Assembly (NCBI RefSeq): GCF_035644575.1
Contig: NZ_DASQOG010000210.1
Span: 10,363-74,362 of the forward strand
DNA from: Desulfovibrio sp.
GTDB taxonomy: Bacteria; Desulfobacterota; Desulfovibrionia; Desulfovibrionales; Desulfovibrionaceae
DNA length: 64,000 nucleotides
Reading direction: 5' to 3'
This document shows, in pieces, positions 10,482 through 20,228 of the stretch. The notes beneath the pieces were generated by a model. It searched no databases, was not told where the DNA came from, and saw only the letters and a list, made by a program, of their open reading frames with translations. The translations under genes and the position numbers were made by a program. The stretch's first letter is position 1. Each line of letters starts with the position of its first letter.

Positions 10482-11655
10482 TGACCTTACCCCACTGCGT
10501 ATGCTACTTGTAAGTCACTGTTTTCCAATGGGTTACAGGTTATATTCTTTTCACGGAACTCTTCCGGAGTTAGCCAACCCAAGGAACTGTGCGGTCGCCG
10601 TTGGTGTATCCTGCCGCCAGGCTTCGACTGTTCTGCGGGCATCGTGCAGGGACAGAAACACGTTCTGATTTAAGCACTCATCCCGGAATTTTCCGTTAAA
10701 GCTTTCAATGTGCCCATTATCTGTGGGCTTCCCCGGACGAGTGAACTCTATCTGTACTCCATGCTCAAAAGCCCATGCGTCCAAGGCCTTACCGCTAAAT
10801 TCTGGGCCGTTATCAACCATGGAACGTTACGGCAACTGACTTTGAAGGCGTAGTCTTTCAAGAACGCGTACATCTCGAACTCCAGGCAACGACATATCCA
10901 CCTCGAGCGCGGGGCTTGAACGATCCCACAGATCAGCAATTGTCAAAATCCGGATGCGTCGCCCCCCATAAGGTCATCGCTTACAAAATCCATCGCCTGT
11001 TCATCTGGGCCATCAGGGTCAGCCTACGCAATACGGACAAAGCTGGGACGCTTCACGCGTTATGGGTACGCAACGAAAGTTTCTCTTTCTGGTAAATCCT
11101 TTCTGTCCGCTTGTGGTTCTGCACCAGCCCTTCCCGGCACCATAACTCATGCAGGCGCGGAGAACCGAAACTTCGTCGATCTTCTGCCCGTAAAAGAAGA
11201 TCACGGCCTTCAGATGGTGGCCGTCTGGCTGAACAGCGATTAAACTGATCACTCGGCAAGCCCGCCGCGCTGAGTAGCCAGACGCAGCCTGAAAGTGTTG
11301 CACGGCTTCCCTGTTGATTGCGGGCTTCAAAAGTTTTTGAGATCACGTCCTTCAGGACGACGATATCAAGCGCTTGTCCGCTTACAAGTCTTTTCAGCCG
11401 GGCGTTCTCTTCCTCCAACTGGCGCAACCGCATGGTGCCAGAGATGTTCACCCTATCGAACTTGTGGTTCCATTTGTAAAAGGTCGCATCCGAAATGCCA
11501 TTCTGACGGCATAGATCGACAACGCGAACGCCAGCCTCGGTTTGCCGCAATATCCCAATAACCTGTTCTTCGGTGAATCTACTTCGTTTCATCCTTGTGC
11601 TCCTATGTCAGGAACACTAATTTTTTTGCTGGCTTACTTTTCGGGGTGAGGGTCA
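10482..11655 (-). mobile_element. IS3-family element, near full length (1174 bp), frameshifted transposase
   Basis: Left end TGACCCTCACCCCGAAAAGT at 11655 and right end at 10482. orfA MKRSRFTEEQ; orfB DDE fragments VDNGPEF and NGHIESFNGKFRDECLN, broken across frames. Confidence 0.9.
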
Positions 11656-11656
11656 T

Positions 11657-14600
11657 TTACCCTACAGAGTTAAACAATAACGCAAGCCGTGCAGCGTTTG
11701 TTGGGTGTTGTGAATTGCGAGCAGCAAAACACCAAAATCCGGTTTGATGATGCGTCAGGGAATTGCGAACGCTTTCCATCGGAATAAATCCGAACTCTGT
11801 GATTTCTCTGTCCCCTGAGGATATGTCGGCGATTTCCATAAAAGACCGGGCATCCTGCTCCAGTCGGCAGACAATAAGCAATACCCGATTTGCCGCCGAC
11901 CATTCGATACCAAAACTCGCCGCAAGTGGCGTGACTAGAGACAAATCCAACTGAACCCCAAATTCCTCAAAAATTCCCCTCAAAAGACAGGTCTGCACGC
12001 CCCGGCCGCCATCAAGGTCTTCCTTCCGCATCTGCTCTTCAAAAGATATGCTCCATGCACCAGGATAGTACGCACTACCCAACGAGCGGCGAGCCTGTAG
12101 AAGCTGATTATCTTTTGTAACAAGCAAGGCGTGGACACAACCTATTGATGGCAAGGGAGATTCACTCTCAAACGATTCATAAAGTGACATTATCGCTTCG
12201 AGATGGGCAGCAAAATCAGGGGATTCCTTCCAGTCGTGACTTGGCGGACGCATGATTGGCGCTATGCCATGCTCCCTGCATATTCCATCAAAAAAGGCTT
12301 GCCGCTCATGCAGTGCTAAGTGGAGGCGGCGCGGCGTGGCCCAGGTAGAGCCACTGCACAGGATGGTGTCAACCTGACCTGCCACAAATGACAGCTTTTG
12401 TTCAAGTTCCGCTCCAACATCACGAGTCCGTTCGGCAGCTGTTAACCATTCGGGCAAGGAAGCAGCGGGCTGATCAAGAATCAGCTCCGGCAAAACCTTA
12501 TACCGCCGTAACTCCACATACTCGGAGGTAACTATCGAGCGGTCGACACCGCTCCCTTCAACAATCTTGCCAAGTTCCACAAGGCGCTGCTGCCCTGCAT
12601 TGCCAATACGGGTTGCTAGCGCTCGTCTTAAAGCCAATTGAAAACACTTTGCCCGTTGACTATCTGTAGAAACAGCATTCATCTGCCGCTCAAGCGCTGC
12701 GATCAGAGCCGTTTCACTAACGTCGTCCGTCTCAAAAGTAAGGGCATACAGGAGCGCGGCACGGGCACGACTGTTGTCCAGTATTCCCAAAATTTCATAT
12801 GCTTTTTGATGAATACGCCCATGTTGATGCCAAAGTGATCTGGCCACCAGCATCGTGACAAGCGGCAGGGACTGAAGCTGCCGCTGCATACCAACAATCG
12901 CAAGATAGCGCTCGACAATGGTCCAATCCGAGGCTCGTCCAAGAGAAAACCTGTCACAAAGAGCCAGCCCTTCTTCCAGTTCCTCAACAGTAAACGCTCC
13001 ATCCGTTGAGGGAGCAATACGCTGCTGCATATCAATTCCCAAAAGACGCTCGACCTCACCGATGGCATGACGCACTGTACGTAACAATACATGAGACGGT
13101 GGATGCAGCTCTTCAACCGGTTTCAACAGTTTTTGCAAGGCAACATATGCTCGTTGCTCAAAATCCCTGTCCTCAAGAGCTGCTTCAACAATGGCAGAGG
13201 ACAGATATTGCGCGATTCCAGGATCATCTTTTACAAGCTGCGCGTCATCTGCAAAGAATTCAAGAGCATTCTCAACTTCCTGCGGACGGTTGATTTTAGG
13301 AAGTGCCTCAATCAACCTGGCGCGCAAACTCACAGAGGAGATATAGCGCCGCAATGCACTAAGTATACAACCATCCTCGTCATCCATAGAAAACGATGCA
13401 GCACCACCAAACATGGCAGCGACAGAACTTAAAGCCAGCTGTGTGAGCTTGGGCGGGTGCAGACTGCTCAATTTCTCGCCATTGCTGGCGGGCAACCTGT
13501 TCCCCAGATACTCTCCATTGAGCACATTACGGATTTGACCAAGAAATACCTTCAATCGTGCCGTGATAACATATCCAGCGTTCCAGCTTTCCGAATGGCG
13601 CGTCATCTTATTATCTACCACAAATAGAAATTGTTCAAAATAACGATCTATGGTTGATACAGCATTTCTGTCATGCGCCATTTGCATCACAGTTTCAAAC
13701 AGCACCCTGCCAAAACCTTTAACAAGCAACATAAGAGTTGAATTTAACACATCTACATTGCTACACATTTCACTTGTCACTGCAATATTATGACTATCAA
13801 TAATATCATGACGTAGCCTGATCAAACCATCCTCTTCAACAACATAATTGGCATTATCAATAAGGACATTCAACAAATCAGAGTGCCCGTCTATTTTTTC
13901 TCTGGGCACATAAAAACATCCGCGCTCTATCTGGCACCTAGACAGATCTTTCATTATTCTTTCATTTGCTTCACCCTTCAGTCTGCGTTCAACATTTGTC
14001 AAACCTTCATTCGGTTCCAGGCAGTATTTACGCATTCTGTCGAGCAAAGCCGTTTCGGTATCAGGAAGGGAGGAGGTTTTGCCCTGTTCTTGCGCAGCAA
14101 GATACAGGCATATGTCTAGGAATACCGGGTTACGCAGAAAAGGCCGAGATACCAGATCACTCCCTTTAATATCAAGGACATCTGCCACAATTTTGCTTTT
14201 AAGATCCGTGAGTTCTATAATTCTGGCATCAGCCGGTGTTTCACTCGTGTCGGTGGGGGCAAATGCAGAACGAGCTGCCGACCAGGCACCAGGACGGGAC
14301 GTAAGGACAAGTTTGCAGGTGCCAAGAAGCCGCCGTAGTTTTTGCGCAGTTTCCTTGGGGTCGTCGGCATGTTCCAAACTGTCCGTGACAAAACAGATGA
14401 TATCCTTGAACCAATGCAGGCCCTCCTCTGCCAATGATATAACCTTGTCTTTTGATACCCAGTTCAACCCCAGACGCCTTTTGAGCGCCGAATCGATATC
14501 AAGAATATCCTCATCCGTAAGTAAAATTGGGAAAAAACACTTTGAATCTGGCAGATCAAGTGCTTCAACAAGAGCTCGCGCCACCGCGGTCGTTTTCCCT

Positions 14601-15331
14601 GTTCCGCCCGGCCCCACAAAGGCAACTGATCTCAATTCCGGTTTCGAAACAAGATCGCTGACCGCCTTGCTTATTTCGTCCCTGTCAAACCGCTGTTTAG
14701 GAACGAGCTGGCGCCCAACAATACGCTTAGCCCAAGCAAGGGTGCGCTCGCGCTCTTTTACGAGGCGTCTGATAAAATAGGCGCGAACGCTCTTCACGAT
14801 GGAGGCACAACAGCTATCAAGGACAGTTTCAATATATTCCCTGTCCTTGTCGTAGCTTGTGATCGATTTGAATATTTCCGGCTGATGAAGTTGGGTGGCG
14901 ATGGTTTCAGGATCGCGCCCACCTGAATGACCAGTATTCCGTATAACAAGACGACGCTCTAGCTCCTTCCACCCCTCCTCGCCAAAACGCAGCAGGACTA
15001 TCGGCACGTCGGTAATGCCTCTCTGGGGATAGAGGGCATCAAATATTTCCTCTACCACAATATCCGGATCACGGGGCTGACTGGCGGATGCTGTGGCGAT
15101 GACAACAACTGTTGGCCCAAGATTGGGTGCCACATCGCTGTCAACCGCCTGATAGAGTTGCTCCTTCCACATTTCTCGCCAGGGGTAACCAGGCCGGTGG
15201 CAATCTTCATCCAGAAACACCTTGAGATTGAAGGAAGTTTCCAGTCGAGTTTTTACGGCCTGTGCAAGGCCCGTATCAATACGCCTGTAGCATATCAGCA
15301 CATGACACTTTTCTTGTTCGTCAAATGGCAT
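11657..15331 (-). CDS. TIR domain - STAND/NACHT-like P-loop NTPase - helical repeats - NUDIX-like domain protein
   Basis: N-terminal VLICYRRID...KVFLD...VVVIAT...IVVEEIFDAL (TIR with candidate catalytic Glu). Walker A GPGGTGKT; Walker B ICFVTDSLE. C-terminal ALLVTKDNQLL..RRS....YPGAWSISFEEQ...RGIFEEFG (divergent Nudix box). RBS GAGGGG. Confidence 0.8.
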   Translation of the reverse strand: MPFDEQEKCHVLICYRRIDTGLAQAVKTRLETSFNLKVFLDEDCHRPGYPWREMWKEQLYQAVDSDVAPNLGPTVVVIATASASQPRDPDIVVEEIFDALYPQRGITDVPIVLLRFGEEGWKELERRLVIRNTGHSGGRDPETIATQLHQPEIFKSITSYDKDREYIETVLDSCCASIVKSVRAYFIRRLVKERERTLAWAKRIVGRQLVPKQRFDRDEISKAVSDLVSKPELRSVAFVGPGGTGKTTAVARALVEALDLPDSKCFFPILLTDEDILDIDSALKRRLGLNWVSKDKVISLAEEGLHWFKDIICFVTDSLEHADDPKETAQKLRRLLGTCKLVLTSRPGAWSAARSAFAPTDTSETPADARIIELTDLKSKIVADVLDIKGSDLVSRPFLRNPVFLDICLYLAAQEQGKTSSLPDTETALLDRMRKYCLEPNEGLTNVERRLKGEANERIMKDLSRCQIERGCFYVPREKIDGHSDLLNVLIDNANYVVEEDGLIRLRHDIIDSHNIAVTSEMCSNVDVLNSTLMLLVKGFGRVLFETVMQMAHDRNAVSTIDRYFEQFLFVVDNKMTRHSESWNAGYVITARLKVFLGQIRNVLNGEYLGNRLPASNGEKLSSLHPPKLTQLALSSVAAMFGGAASFSMDDEDGCILSALRRYISSVSLRARLIEALPKINRPQEVENALEFFADDAQLVKDDPGIAQYLSSAIVEAALEDRDFEQRAYVALQKLLKPVEELHPPSHVLLRTVRHAIGEVERLLGIDMQQRIAPSTDGAFTVEELEEGLALCDRFSLGRASDWTIVERYLAIVGMQRQLQSLPLVTMLVARSLWHQHGRIHQKAYEILGILDNSRARAALLYALTFETDDVSETALIAALERQMNAVSTDSQRAKCFQLALRRALATRIGNAGQQRLVELGKIVEGSGVDRSIVTSEYVELRRYKVLPELILDQPAASLPEWLTAAERTRDVGAELEQKLSFVAGQVDTILCSGSTWATPRRLHLALHERQAFFDGICREHGIAPIMRPPSHDWKESPDFAAHLEAIMSLYESFESESPLPSIGCVHALLVTKDNQLLQARRSLGSAYYPGAWSISFEEQMRKEDLDGGRGVQTCLLRGIFEEFGVQLDLSLVTPLAASFGIEWSAANRVLLIVCRLEQDARSFMEIADISSGDREITEFGFIPMESVRNSLTHHQTGFWCFAARNSQHPTNAARLALLFNSVG

Positions 15332-15356
15332 GGAATCGGCCCCTCTGTGACATCTA

Positions 15357-18065
15357 CTATTGCGCTTTTTCGATGTTGTAATGATAAATTGGCTTATTAT
15401 TGGGCGGACTTTCCGTGACCAGACAAACGGGGATACCCAGGGATTGCGCTTTCATCACGGTGTCGCCGGTACCGCCTAGCTGATCGCACCCCACGCCATC
15501 CCACAAGGCAACAAGTATAGTTGCCTGATCAAGCAGCATGCGGGCCTGCGCCTGATGGCCAGTTTCATCTTCTGCGGGCTGGGCCAGTACGAGATTCCCA
15601 GCATGCTGCTGCAGATCTGTCTGGTCAAAAATTTCCGCACTGCTGTTGACCTTCGGATCCTCAGTGGCAAAATCTGTTCCTAGAGGTCCTGCGCCAAAAG
15701 GAAAAACCAGCTGAGGTTTAGGCAAACCAAGTCCGTTCCAGCAAGCAACCGCCATTCTGTCTGCACCGGGCGCATAACCGACTACCAAGCGACAGCAGTT
15801 ATTTTCGAACACTGCTCGAATAAACACAGCCTGTATTTCACGCTTTAGGTCAGTAATGCTGCCCAGACGAGTCAGGTCCCGATGCCCAGCAAAGGCGACG
15901 GCTGGCCCTTCACCTCTCTTCCAGCTCCAGGTTGTTGAGATTTCCACCAACATTTTACGGTCAAAATCGAACAAGGCCTTGACCATCCGCAACAAAGTCG
16001 GCTTGGGAGGTTCCCAAAAGACAATACGTAGCCGACAAAGATTCTTTGTTCTGTCAAAGATTTGCCGCAATTGAGTCTTGATTACTGAAGCGGTGGCATC
16101 CTTAATATTCAGAAACTTATTGCCAAATCCTACAATAACCTCGGTGGTGGACTCCGTTACGGGGAGGGACTCAATAATTGTCGGGCCATCGCCCTGCTCC
16201 CCGGCTGCAAGCCATATGTATGCGCACTTGTACGCACCTGCCGAGGGGACAGCGTCTGGGAGTTGCGGTTCTTTTCCACCAGCGATGAGAGCCCGCAAAA
16301 AAATGGAATCGTAGTTTTGAATGTGTTCGTCGAGATTATTCCACTCTGTAATACAGGGATGGATCCGTCTCTGATTGTCTCTGAGCGATGCATCATACCG
16401 ACCAGCCGAAAACCAACCGTCAAGTGCCCGGTCTGTCATCCAGCGGTCATGCTCGACAATGGCTGCCTGAATAACGCGCTGTTCCAAAGATTGTGCGTTA
16501 TTCATGAATGCCTCAGGGTCAACGACCGGCAGAAGTTTACTCTTACGCCGCCACTGTACCCCCAAATCCTCAAGTTTTTGCTCCGCGTGACGGATCAGCC
16601 GACGGTTGGAAACGCGATAAGTTTCGTCAAAGGTGTTCCACTCCCCTTCGTTAAAGGAGAATTTTGGGTCATCAGGGTGCATAATCTGGCCAGCAATACG
16701 GTATCTCTTATGCATAGTACGCGCAAACAAATCGGGATCGTCTTCAAACGCCGTGCCGTAGGCGACGATCCTTTCAAGTGAACCAAAGGACCGGATCATG
16801 CCGACAGGATCAAAACCGGGGTCTGCCTCATTACCCAGGTTGCCGTTCCAAATACGCACAAAAATAGGGGCTGCATCGACCCTTCGCAGTTGCATGGCTG
16901 TTTCTAACGCTAGTGCCGCCTTAACGTTGACGGTATCGTCGCTAGTGGTGATAACATAGGCAGTGACGGGTGTTTTTTGCACTTCGGCCATGCAGGGATC
17001 AGACGCATAATCAGCACATTTTATATCCATGGTATGAAAATAAACTTGCGGTGCGGAATTTTCGGGCAGAGCCCCTGTGTTGCCTGCATCCAACAACAAT
17101 GCAGGGGCAAGACGGATAAATCGACTGCGAATTTCATCGCCCTTGCAATCGCAGATGTCTATCACCGGGGGTTTAAGGCCAACACGCCATGCAGTCAGCA
17201 AAAATTCTACTGCGATGGCTTCCCCCTGAGCACCATAACCAAACAACACAAGATGGGCGTTTTCCTGTTTTGCATCCAGCGCCGCGCGATCAAAGCGTGC
17301 CGTCTGGCAAAGCTCCTCGGCAACCATCTGCGGCAATGCAAAGGCAGATATTTCTTTCCATGTCCCCGTGCATGAGGTGCTTTCGTCCGATATCTCACGC
17401 ACGATCTCAGGGTCGCGGAGCAAAACTCGGATATCAGGCCCCGCCCCAGTCTTGGCCATATGTGTTCTGACATGCGCCTGCACAGCACGGGCGGCATCCA
17501 GACTCTCCATATCATTAGAAAACGCAATAAACACGCGGTGGGCATGACTCAGGCCGATCTTCACCATCAATTCATCAGAAGTGCCATTACCTTCAATTAA
17601 AAGGATATGGTCTGTACGCGCCTGATTGGCCCGTTGTGCATCTACCGTGCGGTCAACCGCTGTGACAGCATGCGCATATCTACGCGCAACAGCCTGGCCG
17701 ACTGGCCCGTAGCCAAAAACAATTACGCGCTTTGAAGAGTAAAAAAACCTTTGCCAACAAAGATGAACGAACTGCCGCAAAGGATGGCTCAAGGACCACA
17801 GCACGGCAGAGGCTCCAAAGATAGGGGCGGCAAAACGGGTTACTTGAAGCAGCCAGTGAACCCGACATTTTGATTCAAGTTCAAAATTGAGAACAAACAT
17901 CTGAAGCGACCGGTATCCAGCATCAAACAACAGATCGGCCAAGCTCGACCATGTGTCGGGTAAGCTTTCCAACCTATTCTCGGACATAAGAAAGCCCACC
18001 ATGCCTGCAAACCAGATAGTGACAAAAAAGATGGTTATAGCTATCGCCCGTGATTTTCTGGTCAT
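15357..18065 (-). CDS. 2TM/pore channel-like - two RCK(TrkA-N) - RyR repeat pair - SLOG domain protein (about 902 aa from ATG 18065)
   Basis: Two hydrophobic helices flank YRSLQMFVL. Rossmann motifs VIVFGYGPVG and LVLFGYGAQG. RyR motifs ARTMHKRY and EHDRW..GW...NQRRIHPCITEW. SLOG motifs AFAGHR, GYAPGAD and LVALWDG..GGT. RBS GGGGA upstream of 18065. Confidence 0.8.
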   Translation of the reverse strand: MTRKSRAIAITIFFVTIWFAGMVGFLMSENRLESLPDTWSSLADLLFDAGYRSLQMFVLNFELESKCRVHWLLQVTRFAAPIFGASAVLWSLSHPLRQFVHLCWQRFFYSSKRVIVFGYGPVGQAVARRYAHAVTAVDRTVDAQRANQARTDHILLIEGNGTSDELMVKIGLSHAHRVFIAFSNDMESLDAARAVQAHVRTHMAKTGAGPDIRVLLRDPEIVREISDESTSCTGTWKEISAFALPQMVAEELCQTARFDRAALDAKQENAHLVLFGYGAQGEAIAVEFLLTAWRVGLKPPVIDICDCKGDEIRSRFIRLAPALLLDAGNTGALPENSAPQVYFHTMDIKCADYASDPCMAEVQKTPVTAYVITTSDDTVNVKAALALETAMQLRRVDAAPIFVRIWNGNLGNEADPGFDPVGMIRSFGSLERIVAYGTAFEDDPDLFARTMHKRYRIAGQIMHPDDPKFSFNEGEWNTFDETYRVSNRRLIRHAEQKLEDLGVQWRRKSKLLPVVDPEAFMNNAQSLEQRVIQAAIVEHDRWMTDRALDGWFSAGRYDASLRDNQRRIHPCITEWNNLDEHIQNYDSIFLRALIAGGKEPQLPDAVPSAGAYKCAYIWLAAGEQGDGPTIIESLPVTESTTEVIVGFGNKFLNIKDATASVIKTQLRQIFDRTKNLCRLRIVFWEPPKPTLLRMVKALFDFDRKMLVEISTTWSWKRGEGPAVAFAGHRDLTRLGSITDLKREIQAVFIRAVFENNCCRLVVGYAPGADRMAVACWNGLGLPKPQLVFPFGAGPLGTDFATEDPKVNSSAEIFDQTDLQQHAGNLVLAQPAEDETGHQAQARMLLDQATILVALWDGVGCDQLGGTGDTVMKAQSLGIPVCLVTESPPNNKPIYHYNIEKAQ

Positions 18066-18776
18066 CCAATCCCCCAATAGGCAGTATTGACAGCCTTTCT
18101 GGCTTATTGCACCGTTATAAACTTGAGTTGAGGCACAGATATCTCGTCTACGCGACATAACTCCATCCAGAGTCGCCAGACAGATGCCGCTATCCTCCCA
18201 AGATAAGCCATGTCGTTGCGCATTCGGCGTATTTGAGGCAACAGATTGCTTTTGGCAGGCAGCACCTGAGCTATCTCGCAAGCCTGCCAAGCAAATAAAA
18301 TCATTGAATTAAACCTGTTGAAAACCACCTACTCTACATTTTATATTGGCAACGATATAAAATACAATAATTACTTATCATAGAGTGAAGGCGTCCCCCA
18401 TGTTCGTGCTGCCACAGGGGTGCGCGACTCTGGTTGCCAGAATATTTCCGCAGACCGTGTAGGAAGCGTCAGAACGCAAAATGGCGTTGACCAACCTCGC
18501 TTTCTTACCAAGCCCAACGCTAGTGGCAACTTTTTAGGGTTCTTACCTCCCACCACTAACGGAGCTTGCCCCAAAGCTAGTATCTGATAGAGACATGAAA
18601 GGCATGAGCGGGGTCAAAAATATTCGCTCAAGAACAAATCATTTTCAAGTTTCACGAAATTGAAACTCTCGTGGGCCAACCGATAGCATTTCCCAAACCT
18701 TCAGTAAAATTACTATTATCGAACAAGCGTATATCAATGTTATAAAGGACATGAACAGAGAACATGATTGCTAAGC

Positions 18777-19648
18777 TGACCCTCACCCCGAAACAGGGAA
18801 GCCGTGCATCACATTCAGGCTGCGCTTGGTTACTCAGAGCGGCGGGATTGCCGAGTGATTCAGTTTAATCGCTGTTCAGCCAGACGGGCACCATCTGAAG
18901 ACCGAGATCTTCTTTTACGGACTTGAGTGCTGGAACTGGCAAATGACCGGCGGCCTTTCGGTTCTCCGCGATTGCATGAATTATTACGCCGAAAATATCT
19001 GGTGCAGAACCACAAGCCGACAGAAAGGATTTACCAGAAAGAAAAACTTTCGTTGCGTACCCATAAACGCGTGAAGAGTCCCAGCTTTGCCCGTATTGCT
19101 TAGGCTGGCCCTGATGGCCCAGATGAACAGGCGATGGATTTTGTAAGCGATGACCTTATGGGTGGGCGACGCATCCGAATTTTGACAATTGCCGATCTAT
19201 AGGATGGCTCAAGTCTGACTCACGAAGTGGATATGTCGTTGCCTGGAGTTCAAGTTGTACGCGCTCTTGAAAGACTACGCCTTCAAAGTCAGTTGCCGTA
19301 GCGTACCAAGGTTGATAACGGCCCAGAATTGAGCGGTAACGCCATGAATACATGGGCTTTTAAGCACGGCATGCAGATAAAGCGCACTCGTCCGGGGAAG
19401 CCCACAGATAATGGGCACATTGAAAGCTTTAATGGAAAATTCCGGGATGAGTACTTAAAACAGAACGTATTTCTGTCCCTGCACAATGCCCGCAGAACAG
19501 TCGAAGCTTGGCGGCAGGATTATAGCCAGCGGCGGCCGCACTGCTCCTTGGGCTGGCTGACACCGGAAGGATTTCGCGAAAAGAATATAACCTGCAACCC
19601 ATTGGAAACCAGTGACTTACAAGTAGCATACGCAGTGGGGTAAGGTCA
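18777..19648 (+). mobile_element. IS3-family element lacking orfA (872 bp, both ends retained)
   Basis: Left end TGACCCTCACCCCGAAA is joined directly to the orfB start region (cagggaagccgtgc). DDE fragment NGHIESFNGKFRDE. Right end GGGGTAAGGTCA at 19648. Confidence 0.9.
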
Positions 19649-19686
19649 TTGTTCTCTAAAAAAACCATAAATAATTATTAAATGCA

Positions 19687-20202
19687 TCAATTATTGTGTT
19701 CGAGAATAAATTTGGAACAAATTTCAGCAGATTCTTGCACTGTTAGCCTATGCGTATTTACTTTGAGAGAGTAATTAGTGGGGACTTCGTAGCGATCATC
19801 AATGCCTGTATAATTCTTCAACTCACCTCGAGATACTTTTTTGTAGTTCCCTTTTGGATCCCTTCTTTGGCATTCCCTCAAAGGACATTCGACATAAATA
19901 ATTTCAAGTGAATCACCCAAAATGTGTTGTAACAGACGTCGCCCTTTATCATAAGGTGCAATCAACGCGAGCAATACCGTGATTCCTTGCTGGAGTGCAA
20001 TTTTTGCGACTTCTCCGCAACGCCGAATATTCTCTAACCTGTCAGCTTCAGAAAAACCCAAATCTTTATTCAAAGACGAACGTATTTCATCGCCGTCAAG
20101 AACTAAAATGGGGGGAAAATGGCTATTTTTTTTAAAAATCTCCAGTGCCAATGTAGTCTTTCCAGAGCCAGAAAGGCCAGTTAGCAGATATGCTTTAGCC
20201 AT
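19687..20202 (-). CDS. cysC: Adenylyl-sulfate kinase
   Basis: TGLSGSGKTT, LDGDEIR..LNKDLGFSEADRLENIRR, RDPKG.Y and YTGIDDRYEVP motifs. Confidence 0.92.
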   Translation of the reverse strand: MAKAYLLTGLSGSGKTTLALEIFKKNSHFPPILVLDGDEIRSSLNKDLGFSEADRLENIRRCGEVAKIALQQGITVLLALIAPYDKGRRLLQHILGDSLEIIYVECPLRECQRRDPKGNYKKVSRGELKNYTGIDDRYEVPTNYSLKVNTHRLTVQESAEICSKFILEHNN

Positions 20203-20228
20203 TTACTATTCCTGATTAAGTAATACTG

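Noticed and set aside
10482-11655. Active IS3 transposase
   Set aside because: orfB is broken by frameshifts, and the other two copies lack large segments.
15357-18065. Calling this gene an ordinary TrkA/K+ channel
   Set aside because: It lacks the TVGYG filter, and the RyR and SLOG domains and TIR partner are not features of housekeeping K+ systems.
18066-18290. 75-aa N-terminal extension of the channel gene in the ORF track
   Set aside because: It has no domain-like sequence, and ATG 18065 has a good RBS and sits just before TM1.
18371-18574. Small ORF upstream of the candidate defence operon as a third component
   Set aside because: No motif and no clear RBS; cannot be supported.
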